This document shows positions 1 through 10,494 of a stretch of DNA of 60,587 bases, in pieces. The first letter of the stretch is position 1. Each line of letters opens with the position of its first letter. The translations under genes and the position numbers were made by a program. Under the pieces are notes generated by a model. It saw only the letters and a program-made list of their open reading frames with translations. It did no database searches and had not been told where the DNA came from. Source of the DNA: Stramenopiles sp. TOSAG23-6 (lineage: Eukaryota); contig LT635916.1 of assembly GCA_900128565.1 (NCBI GenBank), forward strand, positions 1 to 60,587, given 5' to 3'.

Positions 1-405
1 TCCATTGTAGAAAAAAAGGAAAAGAAAAAAGAAAACGAACATTACATCATCACCAGAAATAAACATCACATCAGCACCAGAAATAAACATCACATCATCA
101 CCACAAATAAACATCACATCAGCACCACAAATAAACATCACATCATCACCACAAATAAACATCACATCAGCACCATCCATGCGTATAAAATCCTCCAAAT
201 AAAATCAGCAATATTACAACTATAAAACAAATCCATTGTAGAAAAAAAAGGAAAAAGGAAAAAGAAAACGCACATTACATCATCACCAGAAATAAACATC
301 ACATCAGCACCACCCATACGTATAAAATACTCCAAACAAAATCAACAATATAACAACTATAAAACAAATCCATTGGAGAAAGAAAAAAAAAGAAAAGAGG
401 AAACG
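1..405. repeat. Nested tandem repeats: 24-nt unit (SAAATAAACATCACATCAKCACCA) about 5 times at 44-175, inside a higher-order unit starting TCCATTG (copies 1-231, 232-368, partial 369-405)
   Basis: Direct repeats read from the sequence; the second large copy has only about one 24-nt unit. Confidence 0.9.
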
Positions 406-451
406 GTACTAAAAAACTTACGAAATTAAAACTCTTAAAAAGCAACAACCA

Positions 452-1183
452 TTATGCAAATACCTCGTCATATTGCTGTGCAAGTTGAAATGCTTTGTTG
501 CAAGTTTTGGTGGCTTCTTCTGAAGCCAGTCCAGCTGCGATTGCTTTAGCCAAACGATCGGAAAGCATCTTACGAAGACTATCCAACTCGTTTTTGCGCG
601 CAGAGATTCTCTGTTTCGAACATGCTTTAGCTACAGCTGCTCGCTTTTTCATACGAACACGACGGTTGCGTAATGCATAACGAACGCTTGACTGAGAAAA
701 ATCTAGACGATTCTTGCGTGGCGCTTTTGAAGCGTTAGCACCGAGCATTCTCTGAACGTGTTCCATTTGTTTGTCCGACATTTTACACGCAGAACGAACG
801 TATGGCTTAGAACGCAACTCAGATCGAACGTTTGGCTTAGAACGCAACTCAGATCGAACGCATGGCTTAGAATTATTTCGTGGCGCTTTTGAATCGTTAG
901 CACCGCGAATTCTCTCCGCGTGTTTCTTTATTTGGTCCGACAATGCCATTTGTTTGTCCGACATTTTACATGCAGAACGAACGCGTGGCTTAGAACGCAA
1001 CTTAGATCGAACGCGTGGCTCAGTACGCAACTTAGATTGAACGCGTGGCTTAGAATTATTTCGTAGCGCTTTTGAAGCTTTAGCACCGCGAATTCTCTCC
1101 GCGTGTTTGTTTATTTGGTCCGACAATTTACTTTCTCGACTTTCTTCCTGACGGACAATCTTCGATTTATTACCAAGACACAT
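452..1183 (-). CDS. Highly basic, internally repetitive hypothetical protein
   Basis: 243-aa ATG ORF with 10-aa repeats (SKPRVRSKLR-like) nested in a duplicated ~60-aa unit; no recognised domain. Confidence 0.5.
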   Translation of the reverse strand: MCLGNKSKIVRQEESRESKLSDQINKHAERIRGAKASKALRNNSKPRVQSKLRTEPRVRSKLRSKPRVRSACKMSDKQMALSDQIKKHAERIRGANDSKAPRNNSKPCVRSELRSKPNVRSELRSKPYVRSACKMSDKQMEHVQRMLGANASKAPRKNRLDFSQSSVRYALRNRRVRMKKRAAVAKACSKQRISARKNELDSLRKMLSDRLAKAIAAGLASEEATKTCNKAFQLAQQYDEVFA

Positions 1184-1859
1184 CTTTTTAAACTTTAAAA
1201 AAATGTATTGTGAATATATATGTTATAAGAAGGTATTGTGAGTATTTTTTTTGAGAATAATATGAGTTGTTTGTAAGAATAGAGTTGGGAAGTTGGGAAG
1301 AGGGGAAGGGTATAGTGATAAATTAAAGAACAATTGAGAATGGCACAAAAGAGAGAGAAATGGAAGAAAGTGTGTAGAATTTTTGGGACAATTTTGAGGA
1401 ATTATTATATCCAATCGAAATTATGTGAAAAGTGAGTGAACTTACCTTTAAATCACTTTAAATTACGAAGGCTCTACTGATACAAGTACGGTGAAAGAAA
1501 AGGAAGAGAAACAAAAGGACAAGAGACAGCAACGGAGAGGAAGAGAGAGAAAGAAAGAAAAGAGAGAGGAAGCGAGCGCGAATTAAAAAACATGACTATC
1601 AAAAATTGACATCAAAAAATACAAAACATCAAAATTCGCTGTTATTTTTCTAAAATCCCCCGCGCAAATAAAGTTANAATTTCGTGTTTTTGATTTGAAT
1701 GACGTCATGACTCAACATCTGTTGTTATCACTAAAAGACTATCTCGTTATATTGAGGTAGCAATCAATACGAATACAATCGGATTCTGTATTTTCTTTGG
1801 TAAGGTGGAATTAAAGTAGTTTGTGCAGACGTCCGAGAGATCCAATACTCTCCAGGATA

Positions 1860-3926
1860 ATGTCATACGCATCAATGGATGCAACAGTATCTGCTATCAT
1901 CCTTGGGGTAGCCATTTTGCTTGCAGCGTTACAACCATCTCAGTGGTTGACAATGATTTGTTGTTTACTTTGTCCGTGCGCTTTTGTTTTATTTTACCGC
2001 ATTAATTTTGGTTCATCAAATGCGAAAGCTCCACCACAATTCAAAACTGGCTTGCCTTTAATAGGTCCATTTATTGCATTTGCAAAAGACCCCCTTGGAA
2101 CAGTTTCACGTGCACGTTCTCAGCTTGGTAACGTGTTTACTATTCGCATGTTTCATATGCAACAAACGTTTCTAGTTGGAAGTGCGGCACATAAAGCTTT
2201 CTTTGAAGCAAGCGACGAAGAACTAGACCAAGCTCCAGTATACCGTTTTATGGTACCAGTATTTGGGAAAGGCGTTGTATATGATGCGCCTCTAACTGTT
2301 CGCCGTCAACAATTTCGAATGTTGGGAAATTCCCTCCGTCCCTCTGGTCTTCGACGTTATCCTGAAGTTATTGCTGCTGAGGCTCGTGACTTTTTTTCGA
2401 CATCATATGGCCCATCTGCAGATGTAGATTTACTCCATTCTATGGCAGATTTGACTATTCTTACAGCAAGTGCAACTCTCCATGGTCCAGATGTACGACA
2501 GAAGTTGCACAAACAAGTTTCTCATTTATTTCGACAAATGGACGAAGGAATATCACCGTTGAGTATAGTTATGCCATATCTTCCAACCCCTGCTCACCGT
2601 CGACGTGATGCTGCTCACCGTAAAATGGTTAAACTCTTTGCTGGAGTCATTCGTGATCGTCGGAAAGCTGAACGTCTTGCAGCAAAAACTACTTCAAATA
2701 AAACATCACCACCTACTGATATTCTTCACAAACTAATTCATGCAAAGTATAAAGATGGCACTAGAGTTCCTGGTCATGAAATTGCAGGGATGTTGATTGC
2801 TGCTCTCTTTGCGGGACAACACACATCTTCTGTAACTGTTACTTGGACAATTTTGTTTTTATTGGATAATCACAGAAAACACGAAAAAGAAAATATAGAA
2901 GGAAAAAGTTGGTTGTCCAAAGTATTGGATGAATTAAATGAAGTTGAAACTTTAGATAATTTATTTTGTAATGGTAAAGTTACTCATGATGATGTCAGTA
3001 AAATGAAAATACTTCATGCTTGTGTCAAAGAATCTATTCGAATGTTCCCTCCTTTAATATTTCTCATGCGTCGTGTTGTGAAAAAACCTTTGGATGTTGA
3101 AGGTTTTAAAGTTCCAGTTGGACATAATGTCATGTATGTTTTATGTTTTTTCAATTTCGAGTTTTTTTTTCGTGCGAAATTTTGTACCTAAAGATTTTTT
3201 TTTTGAAATATTTTTCCAAAATATATGGTCTCTAATGCTGTTGCTCAAAGGTTACCTGAAGTATTCGAAAACCCAAACACGTGGCTTCCAGGAAGATGGC
3301 TTGATTTTGATATTCGAACACTTCCACCGTATTCATTCATTGGTTTTGGAGCTGGGATTCATACCTGTATGGGTGAAAGTTTTGCATTTATGCAGATAAA
3401 GACAATACTTGCTGTTTTACTCACTACGTATGATATGAAATTGACAGGTCCATTACCACCAGCTAGTTATGACGCTATGGTCGTGATGCCACGGGGGCCA
3501 AATATAGTCAAATTTCGTCGTAAATCTGGGATTCTACAGTCATCTGTTGGCGTTTCAGAGAAAGAGAAGACTTCTTTGAAGACAGTTACTACAAAATCTC
3601 AAGGAAAAAAAAAATCAAACATATTAAAGACACTACCTTCATCTAACTTTGAGAAAAATGAAAATTCTGATCCAAATGAAGAGTTTGGTCTAGACAGTTT
3701 CACTATTGAAGAAATTTCAAAACATTCAAAACGAGATGATTTGTGGATAATTGTGAAGGATCGTGTCTATGACGTCACACAATTTTTACCTGTTCATCAA
3801 GGTGGAGATTCGCTTCTTAAATGGGGTGGGAAAGATGCCACTGTCGGTGTCTTTGGACCCCAACATCCTTCCACAGTCCCAACCCTATTAAAACGATATT
3901 TAATTGGAAAAGTTGATAGAAACTAA
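1860..3926 (+). CDS. CYP51: Sterol 14-alpha-demethylase (CYP51) with C-terminal cytochrome b5 domain; exons 1860-3133 and 3227-3926
   Basis: N-terminal TM; YRFMVPVFGKGVVYDA, I-helix AGQHTS, ExxR (ESIR), heme motif FGAGIHTCMGE; b5 domain LWIIVKDRVYDVTQFLPVHQGG...GKDAT...QH. Removing 3134-3226 gives GHNVMVSNAVAQRLPEVF. Confidence 0.92.
3134..3226 (+). mobile_element. 93-nt repeated non-canonical GT-AT intron-like element, copy 1
   Basis: GTATGTTTTAT...TTCGTGCGAAATTTTGTACCTAA...TTTGAAATATTTTTCCAAAATATAT; contains in-frame TAA and TGA; similar to 8075-8166 and 27775-27866. Confidence 0.85.
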
Positions 3927-4080
3927 ATATATTGTTTTTTGTCAAATTCTTCCATTGTGATTTTTCATCAAAGAAAATGTCGTAGCGTAACATGTGCCAC
4001 ATAAAGTTTTAAAATTTGGGTAGTTAATTTGATAGACCTGCTGATTTATTTTGTTATTAAATATTAAAATACAATTTATT

Positions 4081-6411
4081 CTATGTAGAACTTTTGTTTC
4101 GATTTGCACGAATTTTTGCCGATAAAGGTTCTGATAGACAATGATCTTTCATTATAATCTCAGCACATTTGTCACCAATCATCATGCAGCATGCATTTGT
4201 ATTCCCAGACGAAATACTAGGCATAACACTTGCATCAGCAACTCGAAGACCTGAAACGTTTCTTACTCTGAGTTGTGGGTCTAAAACAAATTCTGTTACG
4301 TCACCATCAACATGCCCCATTCTTGCTGTACATGCATAATGCCAAGTTGTTCCCACGGAATATTTCGCAAGTGAAGCTAATTGTTCATCAGTAGCATTAA
4401 AAAAATCTTCATTGCCTTTATAACCCCAAACTTTTTCAGCAAATTGAGGTCCAAAAAATGAAGGTTTATGTACACCCATCAAATGTCTCATACATCCTAC
4501 ATATTTTGAAAATGGGGTTGATTTACATATATCACGTATTTTCTTATACACTTCAACCATTGCGTCTAAATCTGAGGAATCACTTAAATAATTTGGATCA
4601 ATGACAGGTTTGTCAAAAGGATCATTAGAGCGAAGAGTAAGAGTACCTCGAGATTGTGGATGATTATATTCAAAACCAAAGATAAATGTTCTTCTTAATC
4701 CTTCTTTTTCACATTCTGGAGCATTTCTACAATATGTCAAAATTAAAGGTTGAAATATAGATTTACCAAACCATGAGTTCATCAAAGTTGAGCCTAATGT
4801 TTGATGTCCAAGTTGTTCTATACCCAAACGTTGTAGTGCACCCATCGCTGGACGTGATATTAAAATGAGTTCTGCATCTGGACCAGAATCAAAATTCTTG
4901 TTTTCATCTCGTTTTTTATCTACATCAGTTTTAAAGAATGCAACTCCATTTAGTGATGAAGTGCTTGATACTTCCACTGGTGTTTTCGTACACTTTAATG
5001 AATCCTCAGACGTAGGATTATCAGGTAAATAAAATCCTATGAAACCTGAAGGATGATCTTGTAGATGTCTTCCTACAGCTGGAACATTAGCAACACATGG
5101 AAGACCATATTTTTTCAATTCATTTGAGTCTCCAATTCCACTTAATAAAAGTATTTGGGGAGTCTGCAAAGCACCGGAACACAATATTACTTCACCACAT
5201 TTATTACACCCACGAATATTTACATTTGAAGCTCGGTTTACATACACATTACAAACAGATCCATCCGATAATGTAACAACAACACCACATGCTTGAGGTA
5301 ATTCCTTAGATGATTCATCTATGGAATCCTTAGATGATTCATCTATGGAATCCTTAGATGATTCATCTATGGAACAACCCCAGTTATCGAAGAGAACCTT
5401 TATAACAAAAGCTTCACTACAAACTGTGAGATTTGGAGTTGTTCTCAGTATTGGCTCGATAAAAGTATTGAAAGCATCAGAGCGAGTTCCACCAGAATTA
5501 GTATTGGAAGATTGTTGAACATGAGCTGAACCAGCTTGTGAACTGCCATTATAGTCATTAGTTCTTGGAATGCCATTTTGGCTGCAAGACTCTACAAATG
5601 CTTCTACTTCTTCCAAAAGTGGAAATGGAACATTTGGAGTCATTAAACCTTCACTTCCTCTATTTTCTGGAACAGAATCTTTTTCTCTTTCCCTAGTAAG
5701 AACATCTCTGCAAGATAACGAAACTTTTCTTGGACAAATCGCTGATTGAGTAACCTTTTCAAGAGCCATAAAATTTGGAAGAACAGAATCATATGACCAT
5801 TCTTCGCCACAACCAAATTCATCACTTGCCCAACGATCAAAGTCTTGAGGAGCTCCTCGTACCCACATTGACCAGTTGAGACAACTAGAACCACCTAAAG
5901 TTTTCCCTCTGTCCAAGTGAATGCATTTACCACGAGGTAGTAAATTACGTTGTGGTTCGGAAGTAAATCCCCAGTCAACTTCAGATCTATATAATGAAAA
6001 TGCATTCGATGGATTTTTAATATTACTAGCATTCTGAGCCTCTCCGCCAGCTTCAATAAGGAGGACTCTCACAGTAGGATCTCTAGAGAGACGATTAGCA
6101 AGGACACAGCCAGCACTACCAGCGCCAACAATGATAAAGTCGAATGGCTCCCTCAATGGATAAGATAAACCAAGATTTTCGTGTGTTGCAATGAAACGAT
6201 TCTCAAATTCAGAAGGTAAAACACCTCCCGGGTTTTCGCAGTTAATTCGCTTACTATGAGTACCTGGGTGACGTAACAAAAACGGTTTGTTTTTTAAGCA
6301 CATTGGAAAAATTATAATTAATAAAACTGCCACAAAAAAATGGACATAAGTAATATCGCTCAGCAATGTCCGATATAAATACAGAAATAAAGGATTCAAA
6401 CTGTCGAACAT
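4081..6411 (-). CDS. GMC (glucose-methanol-choline) oxidoreductase with N-terminal TM segment
   Basis: FDFIIVGAGSAGCVLANRLS, GKTLGGSSCLN, GALQTPQILLLSGIG, HLQDH, C-terminal WHYAC...LRVADASVMP...GNTNA. Confidence 0.93.
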   Translation of the reverse strand: MFDSLNPLFLYLYRTLLSDITYVHFFVAVLLIIIFPMCLKNKPFLLRHPGTHSKRINCENPGGVLPSEFENRFIATHENLGLSYPLREPFDFIIVGAGSAGCVLANRLSRDPTVRVLLIEAGGEAQNASNIKNPSNAFSLYRSEVDWGFTSEPQRNLLPRGKCIHLDRGKTLGGSSCLNWSMWVRGAPQDFDRWASDEFGCGEEWSYDSVLPNFMALEKVTQSAICPRKVSLSCRDVLTREREKDSVPENRGSEGLMTPNVPFPLLEEVEAFVESCSQNGIPRTNDYNGSSQAGSAHVQQSSNTNSGGTRSDAFNTFIEPILRTTPNLTVCSEAFVIKVLFDNWGCSIDESSKDSIDESSKDSIDESSKELPQACGVVVTLSDGSVCNVYVNRASNVNIRGCNKCGEVILCSGALQTPQILLLSGIGDSNELKKYGLPCVANVPAVGRHLQDHPSGFIGFYLPDNPTSEDSLKCTKTPVEVSSTSSLNGVAFFKTDVDKKRDENKNFDSGPDAELILISRPAMGALQRLGIEQLGHQTLGSTLMNSWFGKSIFQPLILTYCRNAPECEKEGLRRTFIFGFEYNHPQSRGTLTLRSNDPFDKPVIDPNYLSDSSDLDAMVEVYKKIRDICKSTPFSKYVGCMRHLMGVHKPSFFGPQFAEKVWGYKGNEDFFNATDEQLASLAKYSVGTTWHYACTARMGHVDGDVTEFVLDPQLRVRNVSGLRVADASVMPSISSGNTNACCMMIGDKCAEIIMKDHCLSEPLSAKIRANRNKSST
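5303..5374. repeat. Perfect 3x 24-nt in-frame tandem repeat (SIDESSKD) in the GMC gene
   Basis: TCCTTAGATGATTCATCTATGGAA three times. Confidence 0.95.
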
Positions 6412-6579
6412 TTTGATTTAATTGGGGTTCTTTTACAGTATATATTCTAATTGATGACAACCTTCAAGACCTGATAATTACCGGCAACAAGACTTGGTGA
6501 AAAGGTAGGGAGAGGAGGAGTCTGTCTTGGCCGAAGAAGTTGGCAGCTGTCATTTTTGTGAACTTGGAAAAGATTACGA

Positions 6580-6594
6580 TTAGGGTTAGGGTTA
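6580..6594. promoter_or_regulatory. Telo-box-like motif TTAGGGTTAGGGTTA
   Basis: In a divergent intergenic region, ~76 nt before ATG 6671; recurs at three other gene starts. Confidence 0.55.
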
Positions 6595-6670
6595 TATTTG
6601 AATGTTAGTTTTCAGAAAAAAAGCGAAATACTCAGATAAAAAACTTCTTTTCTTTCTCAGCATTGGTATA

Positions 6671-9225
6671 ATGCCTCTAGGTTGGGCTCTTTGTCTATTT
6701 CTCTCTTGCAAATTGTTTGTGCTAACACATTCTATCACTCCTACAGATCCTACAGTGGTCAGTGTTGACGTGGCTGTTGATGGAAAGACTTATATTTTTG
6801 AAGTAAACCCTACCATTTCACCTGATGAAGTGTCCGAAAGTGCACGGAGTTGGTGTGAAAGTCATGGTATATCTCAATCTGCTGATCTAAATACATGCGC
6901 ACAAGCCATTTCCAATAGAGTGCAAAATATTAATGCGTCGCCTGATATAAATTCGTCGATAGAAGCAAAGAACCTGCTTGCTGACGCAATGAAGCTTCAC
7001 CGAACAGGTCACTTGAGTAAAGCCATTGAAGTATATAGTCAACTATTAAAGTTGGATCCATTAAATGGTGATGCCTTTCATTTGCTTGGTGGTGCATTTC
7101 AAGGAAATGGTGATGTTATAGAAGCAATTGAAGCATTTCAAGGGGCTTTACGTGTCGCTCCCAAAGTTCCACAGTTCAGCGTTTCCTTGGCAAAAATACT
7201 ACTTTTTGATGCACCAAGTTTGGAACCCTCAAAACTATTAGATATTAGTGGACACCACACAATAAATGAATGGATTGAATCTGTATTACGTTCTGCTTTA
7301 AACCACGGTGCAATGAAAAGTGAAATATCCGGAAATGATCTTGATGCACTAGGGTTTTTAATGCACTTTCTCAATCGTGAAAATCGTCCCATGGACGCAC
7401 TAAAAGCATTTAACAAGTGGAATACTCTTACTACTCTCGATCCAAAAGCAATAAGCAATGCACTACACCTCGATAACTTTCTTAATAAAAATGCAAAGGC
7501 ATATGCTGAATATATAATGGAGGCAGGCTTAGCTTTACACCGTACAGAGTCACTAGAAGATGCTGTTAATATGTTTGAGGCTGCAGCAGCATTTACACCA
7601 AATTCTTCTCGACCATGGATGAATGCTGGTGTTGTCCTTGTTGCATTGAAGCAACATGATAATGCTGGAAAAAGATTTGTTAGAGCTGTGAATGTACAGA
7701 CTAGTTTAGATTGGAATGCTCTACAAAATTGGCAAGGTCACACATATAATAAACATCAAATGACTCAAACATATAATACTACTACGAAAGCAAAAAAGAA
7801 TAAATTTCGTTGGATTTCTCGTCCATTAAACAAGAAAGTAATTGCGATATATTGCAATGAATATGGAAATAGTTGGTGGCCAAAATGGGGTTGGCGTACT
7901 GCTGGTGGTGGTGGCGGTGGTGGTAGTGGTGGTGGAATTGGTGGCTCAGAAGAAGCTGTTGTATTTCTATCTCGTCAATTAGCTAATATTGGGTATTGGG
8001 TAGAAGTGTATGCTAAACCACCTGATGATCAAATAGGTGAGGAACCTGATGGTAATGTTGTATGGTATCCACATGTATGTTTTATTTTTTTTCAATTTCC
8101 AATTTATTTTTCGTACGAAATTTTGTACCTAACAAAAAACATTTGAAATATTTTCCTACAATACATTCCGCTTTCTCTCTTCTTCCTATGGATGCACCTG
8201 ATATTTTTGTTTCATGGCGGTATGCTGTCTCTGCTACTTTGGGTCGATATGCAGGTTTATCATATATATGGCTTCAAGATATTGGTCGTGATATATCATC
8301 ACAGCTTACTTCGCGTATGATGAATTGTATTGATGGTGTGTTTGCTTTAAGCCATTTTCATGTATCACTATTAGATCCTGTTACACAACCAATGGCAGTG
8401 GTAACACCAAATGCACTCGATCCTGCATTTTTTCGAAATGGTAAAAATGCACCGTGGAAATTTATTTATGGAAGTAACCCTTCCAGAGGTCTTGAACAAT
8501 TACTTACGGTATGGCCAAAGATTCGAAATGGACTTGCTCATATGTCTAAAGAATGGAAGAAACACGCGGAAACAGAAAATATGTTGGATGAATATGAAGA
8601 CGGTGCAACACTTTTTGTATATTATGGATTTTCTGAAGCTTTTATGAAATGGGGTAAAGCATCAATGTCTAACTTTGATGAATGGCTTCGACATATGAAA
8701 ACATTATTAAAACAACCAGGTATTCGATATATTGGTATGGTAGGGCATGGGGAATTAGCCGAAGCATATGCAAGCAGTGGATTTTCCTTATATCCTACTT
8801 CTTTCCCTGAAACTGGTTGTGTATCATTAATGAAAGCACAAGCTATGGGCTCTATTCCGATTACTAGTAGATACACAAAATCAACTCTTCCAGAACTAAC
8901 TGCCGAATTTGACCTTGGACCACCTAGTAGACCTGGTAAAATATCTGATGATCCAGAATGGTTGAATGAGTGGGCTGCATCGGTCATTACAGCAGCTGGG
9001 GCTACAGGTGAGAGATTAATAAGTATGAAAAAACATAGAGAGAATATGATTCATTGGGCAAGAAAGAAATTTTTATGGTCACATGTTGCGCACCTATGGC
9101 ATCGATCGTTTCAGCGAGGTGGGGAGAGATTATTTGATGATAAAAAACAAAAGCCAAGATCTATATATTTTGATGAAGAAACTATTGATGCATCGCATGA
9201 AGCAGTATTTTCAAAGAAACAATGA
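6671..9225 (+). CDS. Secretory-pathway TPR-repeat GT-B (GT4-like) glycosyltransferase; exons 6671-8074 and 8167-9225
   Basis: Signal peptide, TPR helices, GIGGSEEAVVFLSRQLA, DIFVSWR, YGSNPSRGLEQLL, YPTSFPETGCVSLMKAQAMG; the two ORFs join in frame when 8075-8166 is removed. Confidence 0.85.
8075..8166 (+). mobile_element. 92-nt repeated non-canonical GT-AT intron-like element, copy 2
   Basis: GTATGTTTTAT...TTTCGTACGAAATTTTGTACCTAAC...TTTGAAATATTTTCCTACAATACAT; contains no AG; removal gives VWYPH|SAFSLLPMDAPDIFVSWR. Confidence 0.85.
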
Positions 9226-9315
9226 TTATTGCTTCAAATAGAATAAATCTCTCTTGATACAATTCATTTTTTTTCTGAAACTTATAATTTATTTGTGACA
9301 ATGTGATGGTACAAT

Positions 9316-10494
9316 TTACTCCTTTTTCCACTTTAATTCAAAATTATGCTTCATTGCAACACATTCCAATAAAGTTTCAAATTCGTGCCAAGAAAGCGTA
9401 CCTGAGCCATCTTCATCCACAATCTTCATCATTTCTAGTATTTCATCTGCACGTAATTCATAATTCATCTTTTTAAACAAAGATTTTAGTTCAGAAATAT
9501 TCAATTCGCCATTTCCGTCAATGTCTGTAGATAAAAAGTTTCCTTTCACATCACTAATATCAGGCAATTTAGCAATTTGAGATAATGCCGTCGACCAGGT
9601 TCTTTTACTATTTACTTCTCGACGCTGCTTTTCATATTCAGATATTTGTTGTACTATCTTACAAAACTCAGGTAAATCTATCTTGTTATCATTATTAAAG
9701 TCTGCACTTTCCATTATATTTTTCACATATTCAGTGGAAACTTCTGAGCCAGACTTTTTAAGTGCCAACATGAGCTCATCAAAATCTATACTGCCGCTTT
9801 TATCTCGATCTATTTTACGAAATGTAGTTTCTACACTACTATTTGATAAAGACATTCCAAGTAGTCCTCTTACACTATCCTGTTTTAAAATAATTCTTTC
9901 ATCAAGTGCTTGAGCAAGCCAACCATGTGAGTGTAAATTAGTGATATGAGGTTGAATTTCATTTTGTATAAATTCTTGACCCCAATGAACCATAATATTT
10001 GCCGCCTCATGAGCAGTATATCCACCATTATTCTCGTGAAGGATAAAAAGAATTTCTGATGCAGGAAAACGTTCAAGAAGGTGCGCAACATAGTCATCCT
10101 GCCAAAATTCATCCTTAAAATGAAGTTCATCAATTACATTAGCTACAATTTCTTTATCGCAATTTGACAAGATTTCAATAACATGTAAGAAATCCCATTT
10201 TCGCATAAAATAACATAATCGGGTAGTACCCATTCGTTTGTGAGAGAACACTGAAATTAGTCTTTCATTTTTCCAACCGTGAATTAATTTTTCTAGTTCT
10301 TTAGCCGTATAATCTTGACACGCGATCATAAATTTATTCACTGTCCATGTTTCAAGCACCTTATTTAACTTTTCTTTATCGCAGGCGTCGTTCAAAACCT
10401 GTCTCAACTCAGCAAACCAGTTGTAATTTAGAGCTTCAGACTCAACTATATCTGTAGTAGACGGGGTAACGTCGAATGTATCGGCATTTGACAT
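9316..10494 (-). CDS. Protein with four C-terminal EF-hands and an unrecognised helical N-terminal half
   Basis: Loops DRDKSGSIDFDE, DFNNDNKIDLPE, DIDGNGELNISE, DEDGSGTLSWHE; first ATG at 10494. Confidence 0.88.
   Translation of the reverse strand: MSNADTFDVTPSTTDIVESEALNYNWFAELRQVLNDACDKEKLNKVLETWTVNKFMIACQDYTAKELEKLIHGWKNERLISVFSHKRMGTTRLCYFMRKWDFLHVIEILSNCDKEIVANVIDELHFKDEFWQDDYVAHLLERFPASEILFILHENNGGYTAHEAANIMVHWGQEFIQNEIQPHITNLHSHGWLAQALDERIILKQDSVRGLLGMSLSNSSVETTFRKIDRDKSGSIDFDELMLALKKSGSEVSTEYVKNIMESADFNNDNKIDLPEFCKIVQQISEYEKQRREVNSKRTWSTALSQIAKLPDISDVKGNFLSTDIDGNGELNISELKSLFKKMNYELRADEILEMMKIVDEDGSGTLSWHEFETLLECVAMKHNFELKWKKE

Noticed and set aside
44-175. CRISPR-like array
   Set aside because: The 24-nt units are contiguous without unique spacers, the context is eukaryotic and there are no cas genes.
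3189-3191. Stop-codon readthrough or a variant genetic code in CYP51
   Set aside because: Two different stops lie inside the repeated insert, the sibling inserts are frameshifting, and other genes end normally at TAA, TAG and TGA.
3094-3399. Shared peptide CMFYxFSIS...VRNFVP/YEVLYL in ORFs 3094-3399, 8062-9225 and 26925-27902
   Set aside because: It is the translation of the repeated insert in differing frames, not a protein domain.
6580-6594. True or interstitial telomere arrays
   Set aside because: Only about two TTAGGG units per site; treated as promoter-like motifs.
8073-8164. AT-AC (classical U12) reading of the inserts
   Set aside because: Possible only for copy 2; copy 1 would be AT-AT and copy 3 CT-AC, and there is no ATATCC donor.
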